A DNA stretch of 64,000 nt, from the NCBI RefSeq assembly GCF_964194155.1, contig NC_135897.1, positions 80,538,001 through 80,602,000 on the forward strand, written 5' to 3'. How positions within the stretch are numbered: position 1 is the first letter of the stretch; each line of letters begins with the position of its first letter. Positions 1 to 13,152 of the stretch are shown piece after piece. Made by a program: the position numbers and the translations under genes. This DNA is from Cetorhinus maximus. Lineage: Eukaryota. The notes under the pieces were generated by a model. That model was not told the origin of the DNA. It saw only the letters and a list, made by a program, of their open reading frames with translations, and made no database searches.

Positions 1-14
1 CTCCTCCTGATGCA

Positions 15-1086
15 GTGGATGAGGAGAGTAGCAATGCCGTGCGTAGGCACCTCACTACACCCAGGGTGTACAGACATTACATGTCTTATCTGCAGATGAG
101 CGAGAAGCAGTGTTGCCGATACCTCCACATGTCCAGGGATCTGGTGACTCACATTTGCCACATTCTCCAGGAATTGGCGCCACGTAGACTGGGAGGACAT
201 CCATTGCCAGTGGCTCTGAATATGACAGCTGCATTCAACTTCTATGCCACTGGCTCCTTCACGGGCACGACTGGGGACCTCTTTGGGATCTCTCGAGCAT
301 TCACACACAAATGCATACATGAGGCCACAGGTGCCCTTTTTACCAAGGCCCACAATTACTTCAACTTCGACAGAGATCCAGTAAATCAAGACGCCAGAAC
401 ACTGGGCTTTGGAGAGATTCCAGTGTTTCAACAGGTGCAGGGTATCACCAGCTGCACTCATGTGGCTATCAAAGCTCCGTGACAACAGGCACTCCAATAA
501 ATGAACAAGAAGGGCTTCCACTCGCTCAATGTATAGCTAGTGTGTGACCATAACAAACAAATCCTGCAGGTTTGCACCAGATGTCCAGGATGTCTCCACA
601 ACTCATGCACCTTGAGCAGATCGCAGATCTCGGACATCTTCAAGCGACCTCATGGGATTCAGGGCAGGCTCCTCGGTGATAAAGGGTACCCACAAAGGAT
701 GTGGCTGATGATATCCATTTGGTGGCCTCAGGCCCCTGCAGAGACAAGGTACAGCTGTTACCCGGACTTTGGTGGTGCACCATAGGGATCCTAAAGATGC
801 AATTCCGATGCCAGGAGATGCTATCTCGCAGAGCACTCCAGTACACTCCCCAGAAGGTCTCTCGGATCATTGTGGCTTGCTGTATGCTGCACAACATGGC
901 GCTGCAAAGTGGGGAGGACTTGCCAGATGCTGACAGGAGGTGCACGTCTTCTCTGATGAGGAGGACCTTGAAGGGGTTGTGGGCGATGAGGTCAAGGAAG
1001 CTGAGGCTGCAGATGAAAAGGCCATAGCACTGGCTGGATGAGGCAGACATGCATGTGAGGGCCTCATAGCCACAAGTTTCCAGTAG
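15..1086 (+). pseudogene. Harbinger (HARBI1-like) DDE transposase, disrupted
   Basis: Fragments NFYATGSF, QVQGITSCTHVAIKAP, KGFHSLN, LLGDKGYP, TIGILKMQFRC, IIVACCMLHNMA across several frames, with stops and frameshifts; the first catalytic Asp of G(A)IDCTH is lost. Confidence 0.9.
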
Positions 1087-1243
1087 GAGAATCACTAGTT
1101 GTAATGAGTATCTTCTTGGACATGTGCCCTCCATCATGGGCCAACATGAACAGCAGCTTTGCTATTCCTCTCTTTTCAATAGTGCACTTCAAAATGTTCC
1201 ACATCAGGCTCACATTGTCCTGATCCTTTGAAAGATGATGAAG

Positions 1244-2111
1244 TGTTATGGCACAGCCAATGGTAAATGCTGAGCTCTCAAATTCCAGAAGGAAACTTGA
1301 AGCAACTGCCACAACTTGTTTTGCAATTTGTATAAATTTCGAGATGTGTGCCTTTAATTCAGTAATAGTAAGACCACCAAGTCTTATAGGTTTCTTACAA
1401 AACCAAATTAAACCTTTATTAATAGAAGAAATGATTTTCAATGCATACATAGATCTACAAATTACTACTATGGTAACTTCTAAATCTCTTAATTAATCTA
1501 ACTCCCAGTTATACTTTTGTTAAGGCAACGGTAAGACACATAGTTTTTAAAATACCCAGGCAAAGCAACATGATACTCTGAACAATCCAATTCAAAGTCA
1601 GTTTTCTTAGCTTCAGTTTGTTGTAGACAGCAGCTTGAGGCGTAGATCCTGAAGGTGTTTCACACTTGTTAGATCTTAAAATGTCTCTCCTTACACATGA
1701 GTTTCGCTTCTTTATACCTATGTCTCCTTTTGAATGCAAATTCCCATTGTTTCACCGTGTCTTTGGACTTTACCTTTCTGATGATAAAAATCTCTCATAG
1801 TACTAATTTTACCAGCAATCTTTGGGAAAAATAAACACACTGTTTCTTAACTTCACCTGGCTAGGTGACACATTTCACCCCTCCTTTGAAAATCATCTAG
1901 TCTGGTTTATTTAAAAATGCAAATGTTCCCTTTACACCTATGTCTACCTACTTAACATTTCAAACCTAGCTTATCTTCTAATAAATCAAAGCCTTCAGCT
2001 GCTTTAATTCAATTAAATCACACACATATAGACATAGGCACAGACCCCACTATTACTCTACTTAACAATAAATTCCAATAAAATTATGACAATTATTATA
2101 TCTTCCTGACA
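1244..2111 (-). mobile_element. Solo LTR inserted in the Harbinger relic
   Basis: TG...CA termini (TGTTATGG / CCTGACA) flanked by a 5-bp direct repeat TGAAG (1239-1243 and 2112-2116); AATAAA on - near 1414; no ORF of note. Confidence 0.75.
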
Positions 2112-5100
2112 TGAAGCCTCTGAAGCATGTGTCTTTGCTGAGATGAGGCAGTGACTGGCGGAGGGCGTCCCACCATCAGACATCCGAAGGTGTTGACTCT
2201 TCAAGAATCTCTTCAGTATCCCACTCATGTCTGCAGCTGACATGAGGCAGGAGGTGTTCCACTATCCTGAGTGGGCTCGTAGGTGGTAGCCTTCAATGGG
2301 TCAACACTCCTCAAGGAAATCCATCTCCAGCAGTGGGGCAATGCATTCTGTGTAACTTCAATGGTGAAACATAGGTGACACTTGGGCCAAAGCAGCTGAG
2401 GACATTACGCCGATCTCAATCCATGTAGCGATCGGTCAATCCTCTGTGTCACATTCTTCTCAATTGGCATCTGGTGCACTCACACTCAACCTGCATTTAT
2501 CCTCACCTTACTATGGATGTGGATCACCTGGGGATGACAATATCCAACCAATTGCCTGCCAGACATTAAGATGCCTCCCCTCTAACACGGACACTGTGCC
2601 CTCATAGCCACCCCTGGCCCTGGCAAACTGAAAATTACTCAGAGACCATGAAGCCCTCAAGGTCACGTGCCATTCCTAATAAAGAGCACACTTCCACTTC
2701 ACTCCATCTTTGCTGCTATCCCGTTGCTCCCCTCAGCATTCTGTGAAGCAACAATGTGCACGTCCAGCACATGTTCAAAGACCCCATTGTCCGCCAAATA
2801 TGACCATTTTGAATTAGCATTAGTGTTCACAGCCAGTGCTCGTGTGAGGGGAGGCACAGCGCTGCAGCCGCACATTGAGATGAGAATCTTGTGGCCACGA
2901 CACAGCCAGCTGCACTGTGAGAGATGCTCAGGGCTGTGTGTTCAAGTGCCAGGATAATAATAATGCTGAGAGGGTCAGAGTTTCGTCAACTTAAGGTGAC
3001 AATGAGCTCACACTTATTGGTCAGCTGATTAGATGTACAGTTAGAAAGTTGCAAATGCAGTTGCCATATAGGAGCTTACACGAGCTTTGAGTTTGGGCTC
3101 ATAGCATGAAAGCCCTGGCAGAGACAGAGTACTTTGAGGTGCAGCATATATGATGCTTCTCCATGCATTAGCACATCTATCCTTGAACACTTCATCTTCA
3201 CCTTTCAGTCATGCAGACGAGATGGGAGAACACCTCTGCCTCTATGTTACACAGCCAAGAGTGAACATGACATGACCCTGCAAAGCTAGTAAAGGACTTT
3301 CCATGCACAAGCACACTTAAAATTAAGGACGAGGCACCACTGATGTTGGAAATCATCTGAAAAAGGCCAGACACTGTGATGAAATGAAAGCAGACTACGT
3401 AGACGAGATGCCCATGATAGTGACAGCTGCATTAAGTGGGGGGAGGAACCATGATGTGTCACCTGATTGACTGACTGCATCTCATCATGAAAAGGAGGCA
3501 TACAAAAGGAGATGTGGAATGGGTGATATTTTATACACAATTGTACACATTATACACATGTTGTGAACACCCATGCCACCATTGTGTTCCTAATGCTATT
3601 TGGCTTCCCACATCTAACACCACATCTGGGTGCATCTCTGATGTTCACAGTGGAAGTGGAGGCAGCCTACTGATTGCGATACCCTATTGTCTGTGATGAC
3701 CTTGGAGGGTGTCTTCTGGAGGGCCAAGACCCGGAGGGTCCTGGAGTGGTTTGGATGTTCTGCTGTGGGGCAGGTGCACCCTCCTCAGTCTGGAGGATGG
3801 GGTCACAGGAAGAGGGGATTTGGATCAGTCGGATATTCCTGGAGTCACCTTGGTTGTTGGTTCCAGGGTGCCCAGCTGCTGATCCTCCTCCCTATGGGTG
3901 CCCAAGGATCCTTGGGTGACTCATTAGAGTGGTGAGATGGTTGACTTACCCTGTCAGTACAAGATGAGATCATGTATGCTCTTTCTGCACTGGATGGCTG
4001 ACCTCTTCTGTGCAGCACTGGAACTAACCACTGTTGCCACTGCCTCCCAAGCTGGAGTGGTGATATTACTGGACCTATTGTGGCCAGAGCGGGGTTAAAA
4101 GACATCACAGCGGGACTCCATGGCATCCTAAAGCTGTTCCAGGGACACATCACTGAAAATGGAGGCTGCACTCTTCTTGGCTTTCGGGGCCATTTCTTCA
4201 CCAGAGCAGTCCTGGGCTGCAGGCATTTGAGAACTGTGCACACAGCTGCAGTTTAAATATGGTGCCCGGAGTAAGGAAGAAGCGAGGTAACGGTGTGGCA
4301 GGCAAATCAGAGGCAGCCCTCCAGTGATATTGTGTGTTTCCCATGCCTGCATAATTAATGAGGCAGGAAGCAGACGATACGGCACGAAAACTTGCCATTG
4401 TGGTTGGCGGAAAAAAGGTCGACTTTCACAGGTTCTACCGCACTTAGTGCAATTTAGGGAAAATTCCACCCTCTGTGTGAGTGGATGAATTTTGAATGAG
4501 CTAAAATCTCACCCTAAAAGTCAATTAATTTTATTCAGTATTGGAGAGCATGTGGAAGATATATTCATTGTTATCAAAAATTCTCAGGTTGCAATGTCTT
4601 TCTGCCCTGGCCCTACCAGAGTTTGCAGGGCCAGTGGAAAGGCACCTAATTTGCATAAGCCAGGCAGGTGCAAGTGACACTATGGCTGCATCTCTGGTGC
4701 CTACCTGCAGCAGGAAGTTGGAAAATCCAGTGTCTACTTGCTAGTGGGGAGGAGCAGAGTTTTCCACAGCCTTCCCCAGACTCCAGCCATATATCCTTTG
4801 ATCCTCTGTTTGAAGGATTGGATCAGAATTTATTAAAAAAGGTTATTTTCTTCAAGGGTCCAGATTATTTATCTGGCTTGGACCTCACCAGCCATCTGGA
4901 GGACAGTATGCCTTATCTCACTCAGTGAACCAGCTTCCAGGGATCTGCTGGGTCCCGACTGAGCCCTTGTGATTCATGGACCATGGTATCTGCTTTTGTG
5001 GTTGTGTCATATTACCAAAATTCCCCTAGCTAAAAAATAGTCACACTGACTGGCAAGCTGCACAGAAGGCCTGATCCTGTAGCTGGAACAAGTGGGTAGG

Positions 5101-5239
5101 TGTCCAGGTTTCAGCATAATGAATAAATTAACTGGATTTGTGAGATAGGGAGGCTTCTTTGAGCTGATGCATCTTGTGACACTTGTTTATGTACAAACAT
5201 CCTGATTTAAAATGGGGGAGTTGAGAATTAAGATTGGCA

Positions 5240-5997
5240 AACAATGTATCTCAAAACTAATGGGCAGATTTCAAAGAAACTTGGTACACATATAGGGAAT
5301 GGTCCAAGGAAGAACTGATTAGTCTTTGGTGAGTCTGGATCCTATAATTTTTTAAAGGATCCGTTAACATTGGAAAATAGGTCAAATTGCATTTTTCTCC
5401 CCAGAATGTTGTAGGTTGTTTTATTTAGAATGTTGTCGATTGTTTCAGCTGCTGAACTGGAATTTGTTACAGCTGCTAAAATGTAGGCAGAGTTTTCAGA
5501 GCAGGTTGTTAGATATGAATTGGCCTAATGATCTCATATCACTGTCAGTGGTGTCAGCTTATGCCCCCTCCCCTTTTAGGATGTCAGTGCCAATGAAGAG
5601 TTTTTGATTACCATTTGAGGCTGGGGCAGTGAAAAGTCTGTGTAGTTGGTCAAGTAATAGCTTTGGCTGTGACCAACTAACAAGTGAAGAGAGCACTCAG
5701 TAGAGCACACACCCTTGCCACACTGTGTTAATTCTATGTTATTACAACTATGTAGCTATTTCTTGAGACTTTTCTCTGCCTAGCTAATGCTCTATAACTA
5801 CAAAGATGAAAAAAAAAATCTTTTTATTAAGAGCTTCCATCTCCCTGAGGAGCCTTCAGGCCGATCCATATCTAACAACCTGCACTGAAAACTCTGAAAG
5901 GTTTTTTTGAAATCTGCCCATTAGTTTTGAGATAAACAAACTGACTAACAAACAGGCAAAAACATTGCTTCCACCAACCTTCAGTGGCGGAGGTAAT
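5240..5997. mobile_element. Two inverted copies of a small non-autonomous element resembling fish Helentron/Helitron-associated repeats
   Basis: The - copy 5691-5997 starts TTACCTCCGCC and ends ...GTGTGCTCTACTGAGTGC; a partial + copy lies at 5240-5400. They share TATCTCAAAACTAATGGGCAGATTTCAAA (5247-5275 vs 5906-5934). Family name is from memory. Confidence 0.5.
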
Positions 5998-6017
5998 AAA
6001 TAAATGAAATAGTAATA

Positions 6018-6140
6018 TACTGCAGATGCTGGAAATCTGAATTAAAAGCAGAAAATGCTGGAAACACTCAGGTCAGCCAGCATCTGTGAAGAGGGAAACA
6101 GTCCTCGTATTTCAAGTCAATGACCTTTTATCAGAACTGG
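6018..6140 (-). mobile_element. Penelope-like terminal-repeat fragment
   Basis: TACTGCAGATGCTGGAAATCTGAA...CAGCATCTGTG matches one arm of the palindrome at 14682-14912. Confidence 0.6.
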
Positions 6141-6219
6141 AATGATGGATGAGCGTCTGAACTGTACCTTCCCAACTTTAAAACAAGTGGATCTTATTAT
6201 TATTATCTTCTTATGGAGG

Positions 6220-6795
6220 AGACCATGCTTCAGTTGTATGGGTCACTGGTGAAACCAATCTGGAATACTGTGTACAGTACTGGTCTCCTTACTTAAGGAA
6301 ATATGTAAATGTGGTGGAAGCAGTTCAGAGAAGGTTCACTAGACTAATACCAGGAATGGGTGGGTTGTTTTATGAGGAAAGGTTGGACAGGTTAGGCTAC
6401 TGGAGTTTAGAAGAGTAAGAGGTAACTTGATCAAAACCTTTAAGATCCTGAGGAATCTTGTCAAGGTGGATGTGGAGTGAGCGTGGAGTGGATGTTTCCT
6501 CTTAATCTAGAACTAGGGGTCACTGTTTAAAAATAAGGGGCTGCTCATTTAAGGAGGAGGAGGATTTTTCTCTCTCAGAGGGTCGTAAGACTTTGGAGCT
6601 CTCTTCCTCAAAAGGTGGTGGATATAGAGTCTTTGAATATTTTTAAGGCACAGCTAGATAGATTCTTAATTAACAAGGGGGTGAAAGGTTATTGGATGTA
6701 GGCAGGAATGGGAGGTTGAGGTTACATTCAGATCAGCCATGATCTTATTGAACGGCGGGTCAGGCTTGAGGGGCTGAGTAGCCTACTCCTGTATG
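6220..6795 (+). mobile_element. CR1 LINE 3' fragment
   Basis: Decayed ORF2 C-terminus (LEYCVQYWSPYLRK..VEAVQRRFTRLIPGM) followed by a CR1 3' UTR. Confidence 0.85.
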
Positions 6796-8237
6796 TTCAT
6801 AAGTATCTATCTTCAGAAAATATTTGTTTATTACATGCAATGTTATCTGTGTAAACCTACTGTTTTCACTTGTACTATTATCCTTACTACATGCTTGCTA
6901 GCATTTCAGTTTGTGAGTAATAATTTTTACCTATCACTTTACTTTGTTAGCATATAGGGGTCCAGTGCTATGATCTTATGGTAATATTCTTAGCTTACTT
7001 TTGTGCTCAGGATTTCTCAGCAAGGCCTCAGCGGTGGATAGATGCTGTGTTGTGTATATCCATGCAGCTTGCCTTGATGGGCGCTGTTCCTATCACAACC
7101 ACAATAATTCGGCAATATGATGCACAGGACAGTCAGGATTGAACTCTGAAAGCTTTATGCACTTATCTTGACAGCCATTTTGCAAAATTATTACACACTC
7201 CACACTGAGACTCACAAACTTCATCATTTCGTGGAGGTGGTGCATTTGCTAGTGAGAAATATTGAAGAATCATTGGAAACACATGTTTGGCTGATTTTAT
7301 TTTGCCATTTCTGCCAATGAAATTCCATTGCATAAAATAACCTGACTGTGCATGCATGCATGCTATTTCATTCTGGATTCATTTAAAAAAAACTAATAGA
7401 AAAAGATGATTAAAATTCAGAAAACAGAGGGAAATATTGCTTGGTGTATCAATATGAAGCTCCTGCCAAAGGAACAGGGATAGAATAAACTATAGAAACA
7501 TTAACTTAACAGGGTAGGGTGATCTTCACATGGTGGGAAATGTGTCATTGGATATGAAGTCACTTCAGTAAATGGTTTTAAAAAGCCAGTAATAAGTGAA
7601 AGCTTTCAAGTATAAATATGAAGCCACAATATATGGATTCTGCACCAACAAAATCTGGATCATAGGAGGGAAAAACACAGCTATATTACGTAAAACTAAT
7701 CAAATATTAGGCTTATAGTAAAGATTAAATTCTTCAAGTACAGGATGGCAGTGAAGAACATTGCCCATTAACAAAACATACCAAAATTCATGAGTTAAAC
7801 AAATCACTGCCAAAAAATTGCCACAATATTCCACTTTAGTTGGGGAGTCATTAAGTTGGCTACTGTTTTTTGTTCTTAAATGAGCTGATTACAATATTGC
7901 TGAAAAGAGAATAAGAGGTTTTGTGGAAAGTTAGGCCTTGTGTATTAAAAGGCTTAACTTATGCTATCACATTTACAATGTCTTTTGTCATTACAAAATT
8001 AAGAACATTGATATACAGGAAAGGTTCCTTTGTCCATCTAGCCAGTCTCACACAGTAATGCCTTGTGATCACAAGACATTCACGCCTCACCCAAAAACCA
8101 TATGATCCCTGGGCAGGGGTAAAAAGAGATAAAATCCCAAACCAATTTACAGAATCACACAGAATCACACACTGCAGAAGAGGCCCTTCAGCCCATCGAG
8201 TCTGCACCAACACGTGAGAAACACCTGACCTACCTAC

Positions 8238-11040
8238 CTAATCCCATTTACAAGCACTTAGCCCATAGCCTTGAATGTTATGATGTGCCAAGTGCTCATC
8301 CAGATACTTTTTAAAGGATGCAAGGCAACCCGCCTCCACCACCCTCCCAGGCAGTGCATTCCAGACCGTCACCACACTCCGGGTAAAAAGGTTTTTCCTC
8401 ACATCCCCCCTAAACCTCCTGCCCCTCACCTTGAACTTATGTCCCCTCGTGACTGACCCTTCAACTAAGGGGAACAGCTGCTCCCTATCCACTCTGTCCA
8501 TGCCCCTCATAATCTTGTTCACCTCGATCAGGTCGCCCCTTAGTCTTCTCTGCTCCAACGAAAACAACCCAAGTCTATCCAACCTCTCTTCATAACTTAA
8601 ATGTTTCATCCCAGGCAACATCCTGGTGAATCTCCTCTGCACCCCCTCCAATGCAACCACATCCTTCCTATAATGTGGCAACCAGAACTGCACACAGTAC
8701 TCCAGCTGTGGCCTTACCAAGGTTCTATACAACTCCAACATGACCTCCCTACTTTTGTAATCTATGCCTCAATTGATAAAGGCAAGTGTCCCATATGCCT
8801 TTTTCACCACCCCACTAACATGCCCCTCTGCCTTCAGAGATCTATGGACACACACGCCAAGGTCCCTTTGTTCCTCAGAACTCCCTAGTGTCATGCTGTT
8901 CATTGAATACTTCCTTGTCTAACTACTCCTTCCAAAGCCTCACACATTTCAGGGTTAAATTCCATCTGCCACTTATCTGCCCATTTGACCAACCCGTCTA
9001 TATATTCCTGTAGTCCAAGACACTCAATCTCACTGTTAACCACCTGGCCAATCTTTGTGTTATCCGCAAACTTACTAATGCTAACCCCCACATAGTCATC
9101 TATGTCATTTAGATAAATGACAAATAATAGGGGACCCAGCACAGATCCCCGTGGTATGTCACTGGACATTGGCTTCCAGTCACTAAAGCAGCCTTCTGTC
9201 ATCACCCTCTGCCTCCTACAACAAAGCCAATTTTGAATCCACCTTATCAAATTACCCTGTATCCCATGTGCATTTGCCTTCTTTATAAGTCTCCCATGTG
9301 GGACCTTGTCAAAGGCTTTGCTGAAATCCATATAAACTACATCAACTGCATTACCCTCATCTACACACCTGGTCACTTCCTCAAAAAATTCAATCAAATT
9401 TGTTAGGCATGACCTCCCTCTGACAAAGCCATGCTGACTATCCCTGATCAAACCTTGCCTCTCCAAGGGAAGATAGATTCTCTCCTTCAGAATTTTCTCC
9501 AATAGTTTCCCTACCACTGGCGTGAGACTCACTGGTCTGTAGTTCCCTGGCTTATCTCTACAAACCTTCTTAAATAGCGGAACCATATTAGCTATTCTCC
9601 AGTCCTCTGGCACCTCTCCCATGGCCAGAGAGAAATTAAAAATTTGGGTCAGAGCCCCTGCGATCTCCTCCCTTGCCTCCCTCAGCAGTCTGTGACACAA
9701 ATCATCCGGACCTGGATATTTGTCCGTTTTTAAGCCTGCCAACACCTTGAATACCTTGTCACTCCCTATATCAATTTTCTCAAGAGCCTCGCAGTCTCTC
9801 CCCCAGAGTTCCATACCTTCATCCTCATTCTCTTGGGTGAAGACGGATGTGAAGTAATCGTTCAACACTCTACCGATGTCCTCTGGCTCCACCCATAGAT
9901 TGCCCCCTTGCTCCCTAATGGGCCTACTCTTCCCCTGGTTACCTTCTTCCCATTAATATACTTATAGTATATCTTGGGATTTTCCCTACTTTTACCAGCC
10001 AGAGCTTTCTCATATCCCTTCTTTGCTCTCCTAGTTGCTTTCTTAAGTCCACCTTGCACTTTCTGCATTCCACTAATGCCTCCGCTGATTTGCTCCTCTT
10101 GTACCTGCTAAAAGCCTTTCTTTTCCTTCTTATCGTATCCTGAATATCGCTAGTCATCCATTGTTCTCTGGGCTTATTACTCCTTCCTATCACCCAATAC
10201 GGAACATGTTGAGCCTGCACCCTTCCCATTTCCTTTTTGAACGCCCCCACTGCTCTTCTGTAGATTTCCCCACAAGTACCTGTTCCCAGTCTACCTTGGC
10301 CAGATCCTGTCTTATTTTACTAAAATCCGCTCTCCCCCAATCCAAAACATTTTTTTGCAACTTGTCTATTTCTTTGTCCATAACAAGCTTAAATTGTACC
10401 ATGTCGTGGTCACTATCACTAAAATGCTCCCCCACCACCACCTCAGCCACCTGTCCAGCTTCATTCCCCAAAATTAGGACCAGCATTGCACCGTCCCTTG
10501 TTGGACCCTCTACATATTGGCCTAAAAAGTTCTCCTGTACACATTTCAAGAAATCCACTCCATCCAAGCCCTTAACACTATGTCTATCCCAATTAATGTT
10601 GGGAAAGTTGAAATCACCGAATATAATTACCTTATTGTTATTGTTTTTAACACACCTCCATGAATTGTACACATATTTGCTCCTCAATTTCCTGCTGACT
10701 ATCTGGGGGTCTATAATAAACACCTAACAATGTGGCTGCCCCTTTTTTATTCCTAAACTCTACCCACAAAGCTTCATTCGATGCCCCCTCCAAGATATCA
10801 TCTCTCCTTATTGCAGTAACTGACTCCTTAACTGATAATGCAATGCTTCCTCCTCTTTTACCCCCTCCCCTGTCTTGCCTCAAGATTCTATATCCCGGAA
10901 TGTTGAGATGCCAATCCTGCCCCTACCTCAACCACGTCTCAGTGATGGCTACTATATCACAATTCCATGTGTCAATCCTCACCCTTAACTCATCTGTTTT
11001 ACCTGTAATACTCCTGGCATTAAAGTAGAGGCCATCCAGC
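8238..11040 (-). pseudogene. CR1 ORF2: AP endonuclease + reverse transcriptase, frameshifted
   Basis: YFNARSI, AITETWL, GVYYRPP, GDFNFPNINW, SDHDMV (APE); PGNYRPVSLT, QHGFVRGRSCLTNL, DFSKAFDKVPH, GSVLGPLLF, KFADN (RT); RPQLEYCVQFW C-terminus. Split over several frames. Confidence 0.93.
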
Positions 11041-11155
11041 CTTGCCTTACTCCCTTGAAACTTAATGCAGGTGTACTCCCTCTGACTTGATAGTTTTACT
11101 GTATTATGATGTGTCCCTATTCTGCTAACATTCTGTGTCCCCTCTCCCTGCTGAA

Positions 11156-12100
11156 TTAGTTTAAACTCCTCCCAACAGCATTAGCAAACCCACCCGCAAA
11201 TATGTTAGTCCCGCTCTGGTTCAGATGTAGACCGTCCCGCTTGTGCAGGTCCCACCTTTCCCAGAAACGGTCCCAGTGATCCAGGAATCTAAAACCCTCC
11301 CTCCTGCACTAACTCTTAAGCGATGTATTCATCTGCGCTATTCTCCTATTTCTGTGTTCGGTAGCACGTGGCACTGGGAGTAATCCAGAGATTACAACCT
11401 GAGAGGTCCTGCTTTTTAGTCTACTGCCTAACTCTCTGAATTCTTGATGCAAGACCTCATCCCTCTTTCTGCCTATGCCATTGGTACCAACATGTGCCAT
11501 GACCTCTACCTTATCACCCTCCCCCTTCAGGATGCCCTGCAGCCATTCAGTGACATCCTGGACCCTGGCACCAGGGAGGCAACACACCATCCTGGAGTCA
11601 CGTTGACGGCCACAGTAGCACCTATCTGTTCCCCTGATTATAGAATCCCCTATTACTATTGCTCTTCCTCTCTTCCTCCCCTCCTGTACAGACAGGCTGC
11701 TTGTGGTGCCAGAAGCTTGGCTCTGTCTGCACTCCCTGGAGGAACCAGCGCCCTCATCAGCCTCCAAAATGGAATACCAATTTGCGAGCGGGACCCCAGG
11801 CGATTCCTGAACTACCTGCCTGTTTCTCTTGGACTGCCTGGTGGTCACCCATTCCCTTCCTTCCTCAAGTCCTGTCAGTTGCGGTGTGACCACCTCTCTC
11901 AACGTGCTATCCACAATTCTCTCAGACTCGCGGATACTCCACAGTGTCCCCAGCCACTGTTCCAGCTCTGAAACCCGAGCTTCCAGGAGCTATAGCTGGA
12001 CACACTTCCTGCACACATGCTGGTCCCGGGCACTGGAAATGTTCCTGGCCTCCCACATGGAGCACAAGGAGCACATCACAGCTTTGAGCTCTCCTGCCAT
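11156..12100 (-). pseudogene. CR1 ORF1: zinc finger/leucine zipper + SGNH/GDSL esterase-like domain
   Basis: 945-nt frame MAGELKAVMCSLC...HVCRKC, VIGDSIIR, CCLPGARVQD, HVGTNG, DGLHLN; only two in-frame TAG stops and no net frameshift. Confidence 0.9.
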
Positions 12101-12929
12101 GACTTATCCCTTTAAATTAAACCTTTTAAATCAATTACTCTAGGGCCCTTCTTTCCTGAGCCTCATTACTGCAGAATATACAAACTATAAACCACAAAAA
12201 GACCTTAAACTATTAGCGATAAAAGTAGTAAATACTTACCCGACCTTACCCACTACTTACCAGTCATTTCTCTTCCTTGTAGCCTCTACTGTTGCAGCAG
12301 GGCAAGACCACTCCCAGATGATTTAAGACGTTGGATAGCAAAAAAAAAATGCAAAGAGCATCTCTTCCACTCTGCACCGAATTCCTACTGTGCACCAAAT
12401 TGCCAATACCCACATTCACTCTGGCAGTGTCTCACTCAGATGAGGTCTCTCCCCTGCTCGTGTGCAAGCACACTGATAGGGAAATTCTTCTCTGATCCCC
12501 AATCAAAACTAACCCAGGAGACCACACTGGTTCTGATTGCTGTTATTTAGCACCTACCTTTGCACTTGTAATGTTCGTCCCAGCCAGAAATAGGTCTGGG
12601 TGTCTCTTGAAAGAAGGCAGAAAATTGGTATTCATTGCCCAAACTACCTACTTGTTACACACAACCTAATTCTGGTCTTGTATACCTACCAGAAAATTTT
12701 GATATAATTTGCATTCAAATGCCCTCAAAAGCTATCAGTTATTATTTGACATCAAAAGGTGTAATTTGGAATGAATTTTTCCATCAGTCAACAAAAGCAC
12801 TCGATTGCCATTTCTTGACATCAGTTGCAATCAAAAATGCTCAAATAGCATCAGAAGCGATCATCAGGCATCATAAGTGATCATCAGATATCAGATGTGA
12901 TCACTAGGCATCAAAAGTGATCATTAGGC

Positions 12930-13152
12930 CTCACCCCACACACACTCACCCATGTCCTTGCTCTCATTCCCACTCAGCCCCCACACACTCATGGCCTCCC
13001 TCCCATCCCTACTCATCCCACACTAACTCACTCATTCCCCCCTTCTACCCCTACTCATGCCCTCCCATCCCCACTCATGCCCTCCCATCCCCACACATTG
13101 GTCCATGCCTTCCCATCCCCACTCTCTCACTCATGCCCTCCTATCCCCACTC
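12930..13152. repeat. C-rich low-complexity repeat (CCCACTCATGCCCTCCCATCC-like)
   Basis: Degenerate ~20-bp units; preceded by ~3.5 copies of a 20-bp GATCATCAGGCATCATAAGT unit at 12860-12930. Confidence 0.7.

Larger units (their letters stand above)
1..4471 (+). mobile_element. Decayed PIF/Harbinger DNA transposon (left end outside window)
   Basis: Transposase relic on + (15-1086) and Myb/SANT-like relic on - (MAPKAKKSAASIFSDVSLEQL near 4130-4195) are convergent; right end GGAAAATTCCACCC resembles the other Harbinger ends in the window. Confidence 0.8.
8151..12230 (-). mobile_element. Near full-length CR1-clade LINE
   Basis: ORF1 then ORF2 (APE + RT) in order on -, 3' UTR, and a (GTGTGATTCT)n tail at 8151-8170; 5' boundary approximate. 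Confidence 0.93.

Noticed and set aside
11444-11971. 175-aa ORF antisense to CR1 ORF1 (also 10161-10727)
   Set aside because: Shadow frames of the CR1 coding strand with no independent motif.
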